64,000 bases of DNA from Octopus sinensis (Eukaryota): positions 85,560,001 through 85,624,000 of the forward strand of contig NC_043002.1 of assembly GCF_006345805.1 (NCBI RefSeq), in the 5' to 3' direction. Below, in pieces: positions 25,656 to 39,186 of the stretch. The position numbers and the translations under genes were made by a program. Each line of letters opens with the position of its first letter. Position 1 is the first letter of the stretch. The notes below the pieces were generated by a model, which did not search any database, had not been told where the DNA came from, and saw only the letters and a list, made by a program, of their open reading frames with translations.

Positions 25656-25730
25656 ACTGTATATATCGTCTAGTGGTTAGGGCCCCATATTGTGGCCATG
25701 ATGACTCAGGTTCAAATCCTGGTGATGGCA
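25656..25730 (+). pseudogene. trnH-GTG: tRNA-His(GTG) pseudogene
   Basis: ATCGTCTAGTGGTTAGGGCCCCATATTGTGGCCATGATGACTCAGGTTCAAATCCTGGTGATGGCA follows the invertebrate His pattern (anticodon GTG at 25692-25694); stems broken, largely by CpG-type transitions. Confidence 0.8.
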
Positions 25731-25809
25731 GTCCAACTTAAAATTTTCTAGGTAGTGCTCCAGCATGGCTGCTGTCAAATGACTGAAACAAATAAAAAAT
25801 AATGTAATA

Positions 25810-26010
25810 TTTACCGTATGTGTATTGTTGGCGATTTTCTTTCTCCGTCTCCCCTTTCTTGGACTTTTCCTTTTTTCTATATTTCTGACGAAGAGCTCCA
25901 CTCAATACATTAAATCCTTCTTTCTTTCCTTTCCTGAGCGTCCAATAACACTATACTTGTTCCATGTCCTCGCGCTGTTGTGTTCTCTCTTTGTTCATGT
26001 TTGGATTATA
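25810..26010 (+). mobile_element. Penelope-type terminal remnant with a decayed hammerhead
   Basis: CTGACGA-A-GAG-ctcca-CTC-AATA at 25885-25907 (GAAA lost) in a pyrimidine-rich segment ending at (TA)n. Confidence 0.4.
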
Positions 26011-26024
26011 TATATATATATATC

Positions 26025-26765
26025 TTAGGTTGTCTCACATGAGATGTCACATTTGAAAAGGGAAACATTAAAATTGGTTTTTAAGTTTTCTAATATTTAT
26101 TTATTTAATCAAAATATTATCCATGTTCATTTATGACCTTCATCCAACTTTCCTCTCAAGTATATATTCCATCTTCAAAGAATTTGTCATCTTTTACACT
26201 AATAAACTGTTTGAATGCTTTAGTCACCTTTTCTTTAAGAATGTTTTATTGCATATAGCAAGCTTGAAGTGTTTAAATATGTGATAACCAGAAGGAGAAT
26301 AAGGAGGATGTGCCAGAATTTCATAATTCAGGCTTTGCAACTTATGGACCATAGCTTGAGAAGTCTGAGGCCATGCATTATCATGAAGCAAAGTTGGGCC
26401 TTATTCACTAATCTGGATTGCTTCTTTTTTAATTTTTCATGCATACAATCAATTTCCTGACAATAGGATGTTGCTATTACAGTTTTTCCTTGTTGCAAAA
26501 ATGAACAATGAATAGCCCCCTTTATTGACCACCATACAGTGACCATCAACTTTTTAGGGTGTAATGGTGGTCTTGGGTAGTGTTTTGATGACTCTCTCCC
26601 GCGTCTAACCGCTGTCTTCCTGCTATTACCAAAAAGTATCCATGCCAATCAAACAGCATTTCAAGCTGGTGGAACTTGGATTCGATGGTCAGTTATACAT
26701 CAGGTAGAAAGATATCAGTGAATTAACGATAAATATCTGGAGCCAAGAACACCTGGTAAAGTGTC
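26025..26765 (-). mobile_element. Decayed mariner (DD34D-type) element
   Basis: PLHPKKLMVTVWWSIKGAIHCSFLQQGKTVIATSYCQEID matches the mariner YSPDLAP-family LHPKK.M..VWW motif; ttaggttg TIR-like end at 26025 beside (TA)n. Confidence 0.85.
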
Positions 26766-27489
26766 AACCACATGTTTTCAGTAGTAGAAATGAAACCATC
26801 TGCTTCAGAGTTGCATAAATTCATGTGGCATGTTTTATATATTTTTTTTTCTTTTCTGCCATTTACAGTTAAGAAGGTAGTAATTTCAAATAGGAATTTG
26901 ACTTGTACAGTTATGACCCACCTAACCTACAGCAGCATGGGAAAGTGGATATGAAATGGAGACTATAGTCATGATTGATGATGATGGTAGCAACGACAAC
27001 AACAATACTGCCACTGCTGCCAATGATGGTGGTGCTGATGGTGATGATGATGAGGATGAAAAGCCAGACTTTAAGCCTGATGATCATGGTTACGTCCTGC
27101 CTAATATCAAATAAAATTCCAAGCTTCTTCCTATATTTTGAGTGAAGGAAATAGCAAACGATGTATAAATAACACTTCTGTTGATTCTTTTGAATTTGAT
27201 AAACAAATTCACCATAATTGTCATCATTTCTATCATCATTATCATCATCATCATCATCACCACCACCACCACCATCATCCTCATCATCATCATCATTGCT
27301 ATCATTTTAGTTATTGTTGTTATCGTCATCAGTCTTGAAATAATTTCAAGGTTTGATCAAAGCACTGAGTGTTGGAATGACTACAGCTTGCTCTGCCAGA
27401 AGAGATCTAAGCAGAACCATTAGTCTATCAAAAGTCCAATTTTCTGATTCCAAAATAGAATAATATTGATCTTCAACAAGTGAAGTAGT

Positions 27490-27610
27490 AACATACATAC
27501 ATACATACATACATACATACATGCACACACACACATACATTCATACATACACACACACACATACATTCATACATACATACATGCATACACACACACACAT
27601 ACATACACAT

Positions 27611-27641
<31 letters not shown>

Positions 27642-27995
27642 TATATACATGCATACATACATACATACATACATACATACATACATGCACACATACATAC
27701 AAACGCATATATATGTATATATATATATATCTGTGTATATATGTGTGTGTCTTGCTGTATATGTATATGCATGTGTGTATATATTCTTGATTTTGTCCGT
27801 GTTTCAAAAATTCATATCTTTCAATACCAAATACCATGTGTGGATGTATGTGTTTGTGCACGTGTATGTGCATGTATGTGCTTATGTGTATGCATGTGTG
27901 TGCACGTGTGTATGTGTGTTTGTGTGTGTGTATGTGCATGTTTGTATGTGTGTGCGTGTAATCATGTGTGTATATGTATACTTGTGTGTGTTTAA
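27490..27995. repeat. Compound (CATA)n/(CA)n then (TG)n/(TATG)n microsatellites
   Basis: Direct reading. Confidence 0.9.
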
Positions 27996-28184
27996 TACAG
28001 TTAATATACTCAATTGTAAGTTGGTTAATATCCTTATGTAAACTATTTACTGAAGCCTTTCATCAGCTTCTGTTTTTTTTTATTATTGTTGTTCTTTTGT
28101 TATTGTCTTCCCCATCCTCCCACACTCTTCAGAAATTCTGTAAGTCTCTATAATGCTATATCTGGCAGTGAAAGAAACCACAGT

Positions 28185-28450
28185 AATAACAACGATGGTG
28201 GTGGTGGTGGTGGTGAGGAGGAGGAGGAGGAGGAGGAAGAGGAGGAGGAGGATAACAAAATTGGCGATGGCGATGGTAGTGATGAAGGTGGTGGTGATGA
28301 TAATGATGATGACGATAATGATGACGACAATGGCGGTGGTAGCGGTGGTGGTGGTGGTGGTGGTGGTGGTGGTGGTAGAAGGTGATGATGGTAATGATGA
28401 TGATGATGACGATGATGATGATGACAGCAATAACGATGACAACATCAATG
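28185..28450. repeat. Compound (GGT)n/(GAG)n/(GAT)n trinucleotide repeats
   Basis: Direct reading. Confidence 0.9.
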
Positions 28451-28976
28451 ATTTCTTTTAAAAAGCAAATATTTCCTTTCGGTAATCTATACTAGCAAGA
28501 AATGGTTCTTATTGCAGAACTTATCAGATTTTTTGCACGACCATATTTCCTAATGAAATACACTGCTCCTGTGTTTCAATTAATTTTATAAAGTAATCAA
28601 AACTCTGAAAGTAATGAAGGATTTCAGTGAAATAATTACTGTATTCATTATTAAGCTGGTGCTTGTGATATAGCCTAACAAAGTGTTCTTTCATGAAATT
28701 ATATCAGAATATTTTAATTGACATACATTTTGTGTAGTCAGCTTTTACGTTCTTTTCTTGTTTTAATCATTGGACTGTGATCGTGGAGGGTCACTGTCTG
28801 GAGGGGATTTCGAGCTGAACAAATCAAACCCAGTTTTTAAGTCTGGTACTAATTCTATCAGTTTCTTTTGCCAAACTGTTAAGTTACAGGAGTTACAGGG
28901 ACGTAAACAAACCAACACCAGCTGATAAATGACTGTAGGTAACAAAGACAATCACAAAGACACCGATACAGGTATA

Positions 28977-29024
<48 letters not shown>

Positions 29025-29064
29025 CATCATCATCATCATCATCATCACCATTATCATCATCATA

Positions 29065-29295
29065 ATCATTTAACATCCGTTTTCCATGTTGGCATGGGTT
29101 GAATGGTTTGACTGAGGTCTAGAGAGCCAGCGGCTGCACCAGGCTCCAATCTGATCGGGCAATGTTTCTACAGCTGCATGCCCTTCCTGATGCCAACCTC
29201 TCTGAGAGTGTAGTGGGTGCCTTTACATGCCGCCGACATGGGGGCCAGTCGTGGGGTATTGGCATTGGCCATGTTTGGATGGTGCTTTTTACAAA
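29065..29295 (-). mobile_element. SINE family D
   Basis: tttaacatccgtttccatgttggcatggg...gcatgcccttcctgatgccaacc. Confidence 0.8.
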
Positions 29296-29298
29296 TAT

Positions 29299-29335
<37 letters not shown>

Positions 29336-29429
29336 ATAATGAAGGGTGAAATTAATTAATTTGGAATAATTATCAATTACACCAAGTAGTCTTCGGCATG
29401 TAAAAGCCTCATTCGAGGAAATTTAAGTA

Positions 29430-29853
29430 ATACTAAGCAATAAGGGTTTAGCAACGAATTGCCTTACCACATACCGAATTAGAAATAGCAGTCAAAGGGT
29501 TATAGCTATTTCTTCTACTAAGAAGGGAGATCTCAGTAAAAACAGCAATTGGAAGGCTGACACAAACAGGTAAGAGAGAATGAATTAACTGCAATCTATC
29601 AAACATTTTTAAAGTTATCCACGGACGTACGTTTCGAAAAACTTGATTTCGAAACGTACGTCCGTGGATAACTTTAAAAATGTTTGATAGATTGCAGTTA
29701 ATTCATTCTCTCTTACCTGTTTGTGTCAGCCTTCCAATTGCTGTGTTTTACTGAGATCTCCCTTTTAGTAGAAGAAATAGCTATAACCCTTTGACTGCTA
29801 TTTCTAAATTCGGTATGTGGTAAGGCAATTCGTTGCTAAACCCTTATTGCTTA

Positions 29854-29857
<4 letters not shown>
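29430..29857. repeat. 428-bp near-perfect palindrome with a hammerhead half-site at its apex
   Basis: Arms 29430-29639 and 29647-29857 differ by ~3 small indels; 7-nt loop; GAAAC-GTAC-GTC on each strand next to the loop. Confidence 0.95.
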
Positions 29858-29893
<36 letters not shown>

Positions 29894-30254
29894 ATGTACA
29901 TATGTATGTATATGTACATATGTATGTGTATATATGTATGTATATGTATGTATATGTATGTATATATATATATATATATATTATATATGTATGTATTGTG
30001 TAATATTATAATGATATGTATGTATATATATATGTATATATATATATATATATACACATACATATGTGTGTGTGTAGGTGGGTGTATGTACATATGTAAA
30101 TATATCCATATATATATATATATATATATATGATGGGCTTCCTCCCAGTTTCCATCTACCAAGGCATTGGTCATCTTAGGCCTACAGTAGAAGACATTTA
30201 CCTCAAGGTGCCGCACAGGTGGACAAAACCCAAAACTGGTGTAGGAGAGTGTGC

Positions 30255-30293
30255 TGATGAAGAAAATGATAATGATGATGATGAAGAAGAAGC

Positions 30294-30327
<34 letters not shown>

Positions 30328-30540
30328 GAAGAAGCTGATGATGATGAAGAAGAAGCTGATGATGATGATGATGATGAAGAAGAAGCTGATGATGATGAAG
30401 AAGTAGCTGGTGGAGAAAAATACAATGAGAATGATGATGATGGTCATCATCAATATCATGAAGAAGAAGAGGAAACTGAAGAAGAAATAGAAAACTAGGA
30501 GGAAGAGGAAGAAGAAGAGGAAGCAGAAGATGAAGAAATC
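30255..30540. repeat. (GAT)n/(GAA)n compound repeat
   Basis: Direct reading; repeating gatgaagaagaagctgat blocks. Confidence 0.9.
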
Positions 30541-30782
30541 AATAAACACTCTGGATAGTATATGGAGAGAAATGCACTAAAATCCACACTCTGTCTCGTC
30601 ATGTTAGCGGTAAGTAATGCTGATGGTAGATGTGAGGTTGGAGTTTTGATCATTGTAAATTGAAGTTAATGAATTAAATAATTAATTACTTTTAAGAGCC
30701 TCTCCGGCTTTGCTGCATACTAAATCTTTATACATTCATACCTACATGTGTGTGTTTGTGTGTTTATGCACTCACACGCATG

Positions 30783-30834
<52 letters not shown>

Positions 30835-30948
30835 TATATACATATATGTGTGTGTGTGTGTATGTATGTATATATATATATATGTATATATACATATATG
30901 TGTGTGTATGTGTGTATATATATATACATATATGTATAAATATATATG

Positions 30949-30998
<50 letters not shown>

Positions 30999-31607
30999 TG
31001 TATGTATATCCCTATATTTATTTATATGTATGTATGTTTGTATGTATGTATGTGTATTTGTATTTATATTTGTATGTTAACAAATTTGTTGAATGCATTA
31101 GATGGAATGATGCAATTCAAATTATACAAATTTCCAGTGGTTTATATGCAATTCTCCATCACAGGCAAATGCTGGATTTAATCAATACTTTAATTAAAAA
31201 TCATGAAACTACACACTTATGTACATACATAGAGAAAAACACTCTCACAAACACAATAAAAATTAAAACAAAAATCATACTATAAAGAAAACAATAAAAG
31301 ACCAAAGTACTGCTTGAAAATAAACTTCAATTCTTTACTAACCTCTCTGCAAGTTATTTTAAGACAACATTTGACTGTCCTTCAAGGAATTCAAACAACT
31401 TTGAGGTATGTAGTTGGGGAACTGCAAGTTGGTTTAGTAAAAAAAATACATTGTCAAATTGAATTTGTCTGATTTGTACAAGAAAGGTAAAACATGTTGA
31501 GTGATAGTTATGGCAACTGTACTGTGAAAACTAACATAACTCAATCAGTTTTTCTACCACAAGTCTTTAGTATTTTATATCGCTTTCTCTATGTATTCTC
31601 ACCACTT

Positions 31608-32125
31608 TTAACCTTTTAGCATTCAGATTACTCAGTCAAATGTAATGCTTATTTATTCACATCATTTTTGATTTATCATACATTACTTATAGCTTGTGAA
31701 GGCACATGGCTCAGTGGTTAGAGCGTTGAGCTTACGATCGTGAGGTTGTGAGCTCGAATCCCGGACCAGGCTGCATGTTGTGTTCTTGAGCAAGACACTT
31801 TATTTCACATTGCTCCAGTTAACTCAGCTGTAGAAATGAGTTGCCACGTCACAGGTGCCAAGCTGTATCGGCCTTTGCCTTTCCTTTGGATAACACTGGT
31901 GGCATGGCAAGGGGAGGCCGGTATGCAAGGGCGACTGCTGGTCTCCCATAAACAACCTTGCTCGAACTTGTGCCTCGGAGGGTAACTTTCTAGGTGCAAT
32001 CCCATGGTCTGTGTCATGACCGAAGAGGGTCCCGAATTATAGCTTTGAAATTTCAATGATGTCATTGCATATTATTAGAATGACATTGTTGGGTAGGTGT
32101 GAGAAGTGAGAACTGGCTGCTTTGC
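31608..32125. mobile_element. TTAA MITE, right end lost, with a nested SINE
   Basis: Starts ttaaccttttagcattcag; body collinear with 3762-4326. Confidence 0.75.
31696..32036 (+). mobile_element. Full-length SINE family B1 nested in MITE
   Basis: 9-bp TSD ttatagctt at 31687 and 32037. Confidence 0.92.
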
Positions 32126-32654
32126 TCAATCTTATCATGATGTACTTCAACATGCTTCTTGTAGATTTGACCCTTATACTGAATTAGTAACAACGAAAAT
32201 TTACTCATTTTTTTCAGTAACTGAAATGTGAAAACAGAAAATTTGAAATATTTCACTTCTTTTATTGACATTGAATGACAAGAAGTGTTATTTCACTCTA
32301 AAATGTGTTGGTTTTCACTTTCTAAGGCTGCAAAATCATGTTTTAGAACATACAAAAGCTTGAAAATGTATTTCTATTTATATGTATATATTTATATATA
32401 TTTCTTATCATCATCATCATCATTTAACATTCACTTTTTATTGTGGCATAAGTTGGATGGTTTGAAGCAGCTGGCAGCCAGAGGACTGCCCCTAGCTTTG
32501 TTGTTTCCTTTGACATAATTTCTATCACTGAATGCCCTTCCTAATGCCAACCATTTTACATTGTGTTGGTTTTTTTTACATAGCACTAGCAACAGTAAGG
32601 TCACCCAGTAATTTGCAAGACAAGATCCTTTAACAGAATGGAAATTAGTACTTA

Positions 32655-33062
32655 TTTCTTTATTACCCACAAGGGGCTAAACATAGAGGGGACAAACAAG
32701 GACAGACATAGGTATTAAGTCGATTACATCGCCCCCAATACGTAGCTGGTACTTAATTTATCGACCCCAAAAGGATGAAAGGCAAAGTCGACCTTGGCAG
32801 AATTTGAACTCACAATGTAATGGCAGACGAAATACCTATTTCTTTACTACCCACAAGGGGTTAAATACAAAGGGGACGAACAAGGACAGACACAAGGATT
32901 AAGTCGATTACATCGACACCAGTACGTAACTGGTACTTAATTTATCGACCCCGAAAGGATGAAAGGCAAAGTCGACCTCAGCAGAATTTGAACTCACAAC
33001 GTAACGGCAGACGAAATATCGCTAAGCATTTTGGCCCGGCATGCTAACATTTCTGCCAGCTG
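32655..33062 (-). mobile_element. Head-to-tail dimer of SINE family A
   Basis: Two successive tatttctttaYtacccacaagggg...gaatttgaactcacaa units; junction near 32836. Confidence 0.9.
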
Positions 33063-33569
33063 ATGGAAAGTAGTACTGTGGGGGTAAGGTTCATACCAAA
33101 CGATGAGATATAGTGTGATAAAGAGGGACAGAAATAGGCGTAAATATAGGTATATATTTGTGTGACTGTGTGTATACATTTATTGATTGATTCATTCATT
33201 TATTCATTCCTGCACTCTAAACTGTTAGCTGATGGTTTAATTCCATTGCTCCTTAAAGTCTCTCATTATTTGCAAACCTTTCAAGTAGCAAATAGTTTTA
33301 ATCTCCTTTTGCTGCTTTAATGAGCAGCAATGAAGTGAATCATCAGCTTTGAATAAATGAATGAACTCTAATACATGTATATTGTACTCTTTTAATTGTT
33401 TGTTCTTTCAAATGTGTGTGTGTGTGATCAAATTCTTATTGTTATCAAAATTCATAAGGACATTTTGAGCTCACAAGGCCATTGCAAATGTCATTACAGT
33501 TTAATGAAGGGCATTGGGTTTTCAGCAAAGGCATAAATTTTCTTAGAAATAAATCATTGAAACCTCTTA

Positions 33570-33589
33570 CAATGATGATGATGATGGTG

Positions 33590-33623
<34 letters not shown>

Positions 33624-33775
33624 TGGTGGTGGTGGTGGTGTTGGTAGTGGTGGTGGTGGTGGTAGTGGTAGTGGTGGTGGTGGTGGTGGTGGTGGTGGTG
33701 TGGTGGTGGTGGTAGTGGTAGTGGTGGTGGTGGTGGTGTTGGTAGTGGTGGTGGTGGTGGTGGTGGTGGTGGACG
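33570..33775. repeat. (GGT)n/(GTT)n repeat
   Basis: Direct reading. Confidence 0.95.
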
Positions 33776-34214
33776 ATACTCCTGTTGTAAACAACAGATG
33801 AGGGTTCTGCAAACTTTGCTCAAGAATGCAACACACCTCCCAGTCTGGGAATCAAAATCACACACTTGCAATTGTAAGTGCAACACCCCAACTGCTGGTT
33901 CGTGAACCTTCAATAAATCAGTTACAACACTTGTATTTTAAAGTGTACTGGAAAAAATGCTTAACACTGCATTTCTCTTGACTTTATGATCTGTATTCAA
34001 ATGCTGCTAGGATTGATTTTGCCTTTCATTCTTTCAGAGTCAATAAAATAAATACCTGTTGAACACTGGGGTCAATGTTATCAGCTTACCCTCTCCCTCG
34101 AAATTGCTGGCCCAGTGCCAAAATTTGAAGCTGATATTAGTAGGACAGTATATTTTCAGTGAGCAGAAACTGATGACATGATAAGGGCCAATATAATTTC
34201 CTTTCCTCCTCCTC

Positions 34215-34640
34215 CTCCTTCTCATCATCATCGTTTAACATCCGTTTTCCGTGCTAGCACAAGTTGGACGGTTCGACCGGGGTCTGGGAAGCCAGGAGGC
34301 TGCACCAGGCTCCAGTCTGATCTGGCTGTGTTTCTACAGCTGGATGCCCTTCCTAACGCCAACCACTCCATGAGTGTAGTGAGTGCTTTTTACATGCCAC
34401 TGGCACAGGTACCAGGGGAGGCTGGCAAGCGGCCACAATTAGTTGGTGCTTTTTACATGCCACTGGCACAGAAGCCAGTCAAGGCGGCGCTGGCATCGGC
34501 CACATTCGGATGGTGCTTTTTATGTGCCACCAGCACAGGTATCACAACTACAATTTCCATTTGATATTTATTTTGATGTTGATGTACTTGACTCAATGGG
34601 TCTCCTCAAGCACACCAGGTCATGTGCCATCGGCACAGAA
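34215..34640 (-). mobile_element. SINE family D with three subunits
   Basis: catcgtttaacatccgttttccgtgctagc...ggatgcccttcctaacgccaacc plus subunits. Confidence 0.85.
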
Positions 34641-35749
34641 GACAGTCAAGTAATACACATAAAAATTTAACTTAGGGTGCTTAGTCCATGCAAATATTGA
34701 AACAGATACATATGCTGGAGGTAATAGTACAATGAATGGATAATAAACCATTACTTAAAAGAATTAGTTTCTGTGCATTGCATTAGTATGGATATCACTG
34801 TGTGGTTTAAGAAGCTCCAGTGATTGAAACAAGTAAAAGATAAAAGAAAACATGAGAGAGCATTCATAAATTGCTGTTCTGTGAAATATGGTGCTGAGCT
34901 ACATAAAGTCTAGAACAACTTATTTAGCCATATTTGATAGCAATGTTTAGTTGAACTATAACATCACACGTTGTAAACCTTTGTCTGTCTCCAAATTTAA
35001 AAGTTCTACTTTATCAGGATCTCTCTCTCTCTCTCTCTAGACATACACACAACACACACATACACACATGCACACTGAATAACATCTCACTATGCTTTAT
35101 ACAGCTTCCTTCATACCAACCAAAATTAAAGCCATTTCATATGTATCAATAATTTTAGCTTATTGATCAGACTTGTCACAGTCCAACTAATTTATTGGCA
35201 AATAGAGAGTATATAGATTTCCCCATTCTGTGATTATAATAGAATAAAACTATTTTTATCAATTTATTCTGCATCTTTTTTTCTCTTTTGTTTGAATTGA
35301 TATTGTCTACAAAATCAGTTCAGTTGTTGTTGTTGCTTTTGTGAAGACAGAGTGACTCTTTCAGCTTGATATTCAAGCATTTCCTTATGTAACCTCAGTG
35401 ACTGTGCTGATAAATATGAATGAACTAACAGTATGGATTTATAATATTTTCAAATTTTACATCTCCTTCAATGTAAATATTCTTATGTTCATTTATTTAA
35501 TCAATATTCCAAATAAAACTGTTTGCTAAACTACATTAGTATCTTATTGGATTTTAGTTGGTAATTTCATTATTATCTAGTTTTAAGAGTATATGCACAC
35601 AGACGCAGTATGGTTAAGAAGTTCATTTTACAATCTTGTAGTTTCAGGTTCAGTCCCACTGTGCACCATCTTGTGCAAGTGTCTACTACTATAGACCTAG
35701 GCTGACCAAAGCCTTGTAGAGTGGATTTGGTAGAGAGAAATCACCATCA

Positions 35750-36120
35750 CCATCATCATCGTTTAACGTCCGTTCTCCATGCTAGCATGGGTTGGACGGT
35801 TCGACCGGGGATCTGGGAAGCCAGAAGGCTGCACCAGGCTCCGGTCTTATCTGGCAATGTTTCTACAGCTGGATGCCCTTCCTAACGCCAACCACTCCGT
35901 GAGTGTAGTGGGTACTTTTTACATGCCACCTGCACTGGTGCCAGGCGAGGCTGGCATTGGCCACGGTCGGATTGATGCATTTTATGTGCCACCTGCACGG
36001 AAGCCAGTCGAGGCGGCACTGGCTTCGGCCACGATTCGGATGGTGCTTTTTACGTGTCACCGACACGGAAGCCAGTCGAGGCGGCGCTGACATCGGCCAC
36101 GATTCGGATAGTGCTTTTTA
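35750..36120 (-). mobile_element. SINE family D with about four subunits
   Basis: Same tail; repeated gtgctttttacRtgYcacc...cggccacgattcggat units. Confidence 0.88.
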
Positions 36121-37782
36121 CATATATAATAATTATTATTTGAGGGAATATAAATCCAAACTTACAGGGAGAAGAATTCAATTTAGAAATACTAAATCAA
36201 ATTTCACACAATATAATAATCATTGTAATGTAATTACTTAATCATTGATATTTTATTGCTATTTTAATTTAAATATTTCTATTATATGTAATTTTCTAGA
36301 TGGTGTAATTTAATCGTTCATTTTGAATTGATAAAAGGTGGGTTTTTTTTCTAATTTTATATATATGTGTGTGTGTGTGCGTATCTTTTAAATTCGCTTA
36401 CAGGAAACATTTTTAATATGTAAATAAAGCTCCTATTCCATTATGCCAGCCACAGTACAAGGATGCTGATGAGTGAACCATTTTTGGTGGGTTACATCAG
36501 AGTGTACTGATATAACATAGGATAAATGTTATACTAATAATAATCCTTGTATAGACTTTATAAATATTTTAATGTATCACTACATGTGTTTCCCTAATTC
36601 ACATTTCTCTGAAGATCAGTCTGTATTCCTAGGATGATTACAGAGTAGTCCGTAGTATCTGTGGGCATCAGGTAAATCCTTTTCGTGGATTCATATCTTC
36701 AGGCGATATCATGTATATATATATGAAGATATATATGTATATCTTCATTATTATCACCATTTTAATGTTCACTTTTCCATGCTTGCTTTGGTCAGGCAGA
36801 GTTTGTTAAAGCAGATTTTCTAGAGCCAGATGCTCTTCCTGTTACTAACTCTCCAGAAGGAGGAGGAGATAATGATGATATACTCTCTACATTATTGTTA
36901 GTTCTTATATGTTTACATCTTTAGATATCTCTTCCATAGGTTGTACTGTTTAACATTTTGTACTCTAATGTCATATGTTTCTATTATCAAAAAGTTTTTA
37001 ATTATAATTTTTAATTATCTTTCTGAAATGAATATGTTTATTAAAAAACTTCAAGAATATTGTCATTTTTGCTCTCTGTTTCTCTTTCTTTGATAAACAT
37101 TTTAATTGGATGGAAATTGGAAACAGTAATTGGAAACTAAGCTGAAATAGGACAGACACAGGTGTATGATTAAGAAGTTTACTTTGCAACTGTGTGGGCT
37201 TGGGTTCATTCTCACTACATGCTACATTGGCATATTGGGCAAGTGTCATCTAGTATATCCTCTGGCTTACTGATGCCTTGCGAGGAAATTTGGTAGATGG
37301 AAACAGGGAAACAATTGGTAGCCAATTGCGTGTTTGTGTATGTGTACCTTTATACATATATATAGAATAAGACAAAACAAAAAATGGAACAAGAATGTAA
37401 CAGACAACAACAAGACATCCGGACAGTAGTTAGATGATACAAAAATGGACAGGAAAAAGCAAGGACAGGTCATTCGAAACTTTTTTTTGTCAGTCGAGTT
37501 CCATGTCATTGTCGTAGTTTTGGCTGGTTACACTCGAAACTGCTCCAATCTGGCCAGCCTCAAGGAAACCTAAGCTAAGAGCACTAGATTCTTTGGAAGA
37601 AAGCAAGCGGATGTATACAAAAATAAGGTCTCCAATATATATGTATATATATATATATATATAAGTTAGAAAAAACCATCTTTTATCAATTCAAAATGAA
37701 CAATTAAATTACACCATCTAGAAAATTACATATAATAGAAGTATTAAATATAAGATAAAAAATAATATACTGATGATTAAGT

Positions 37783-39011
37783 AAATTGCAAAATAATGAA
37801 AACACCTTAAAATTTCAAATGAATTAATTTTAATATGGGGTAGAACTGCCTTTGGCAGTAATTACAACTTGAATTCTACAAGGTATGGACTCGTACAAAG
37901 TTTGAATGTTCATTCTTCAGCTAAAACAGTCTCCAGTTCTCGTAGTGATGATGGTGGAGAATATCGACTCCTTACTTGTTTTTCTAAAATGCTCCATAAA
38001 TGTTCAATTATATTGAGATCTGGGGACTATGGTGGCCAGATAAGATGTTCAACTTTACTAGAATGTTCCTCATGCCATTCAGTAGCAATTTTTGCTGTGT
38101 GAATTGGTGCATTATCATCCTGAAAGATTGTGTTTCCATCTGGAAACAGTTCCACAACCATAGGATGAATTTGATCAGATAAAATGCTTAAATAGTCGTG
38201 ACTATTAATTCTGCCATTAAGGGAAACCATTCAGCCAGCAGATTTCCAAGATATAGCTCCTTAGATTATCACAGATCCTCCTCCATGTTTAACTGTTGGA
38301 ATAAGGCAGTCTGGGTCAAATGCTTCTTTTGGCTGTCTCCATACATATACTTGACCGGTGGTCAGAAATAGGGTAAAAGAAGACTCATCCGAGAAAATAA
38401 TATTCTTCCACTGCTCTAGGGACCAATTCTGTAGGTTTTTACTCCACTCCAAATGTTTTGCAACGTTTGTTTTTGAAGGTACTGGTTTTCTGATTGCAGC
38501 CCTCCCATGAAATCTGTCTTTGTGCAGCTCTCGGCGGACAGTTTTTGTGGAAACTGGGTTCTCAAAGTGGTTATTAAGCTCTGCAGTAATTTTGGGCGCT
38601 GTACTTTTGTGATTCTTCACGTAAGAGTCTGACAGTCACTATCTGAAAGTTTTGGTTTTCTTGTAGAGTTTTCTTTTGACTAGGAGGCTTATCCCTCTTT
38701 CTCAAAGGCTGCCATTACTTTCGAGACAGTACTTCTTGATACACCAAACATTTCGGCTGTTTTCATTAAACTAGTGCCTGCCATACGATCACCAACAATT
38801 TGACCGCTTTGAAAGTCCGATAGATCTGTCATTTTAATTACCTTTCTCTGATGATATCTGAAAAGAAACAGCAATTTTAGCAAAACATATTAAGCAACAC
38901 TAATAATAAATCAAAAAACATAAATATAAACAAGCTTTTGATGGTTGTATAGATATTTCAGAATTATGATGCTATGATGCTAGGTATTTCCAATATTTTG
39001 TCCAATTCCTG
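37783..39011 (-). mobile_element. Near full-length decayed Tc1 (DD34E-type) element, ~1.23 kb
   Basis: Frames give DLSDFQSGQIVG (HTH), IIFSDESSF, TVKHGGGSV, IFQDDNAPIH and WPP*SPDLNIIE; TIRs caggaattggacaaaatattggaaatacc (39011, minus) and aattgcaaaataatgaaaacacc (~37783). Confidence 0.92.
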
Positions 39012-39049
39012 TATATATGTGTATGTATGTGTGTGTAGATATATATATA

Positions 39050-39186
<137 letters not shown>

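Noticed and set aside
36461-36510. gatg-CTGATGA-gtgaacc...ggttac as a hammerhead
   Set aside because: No GAAA and no matching stem I strand.
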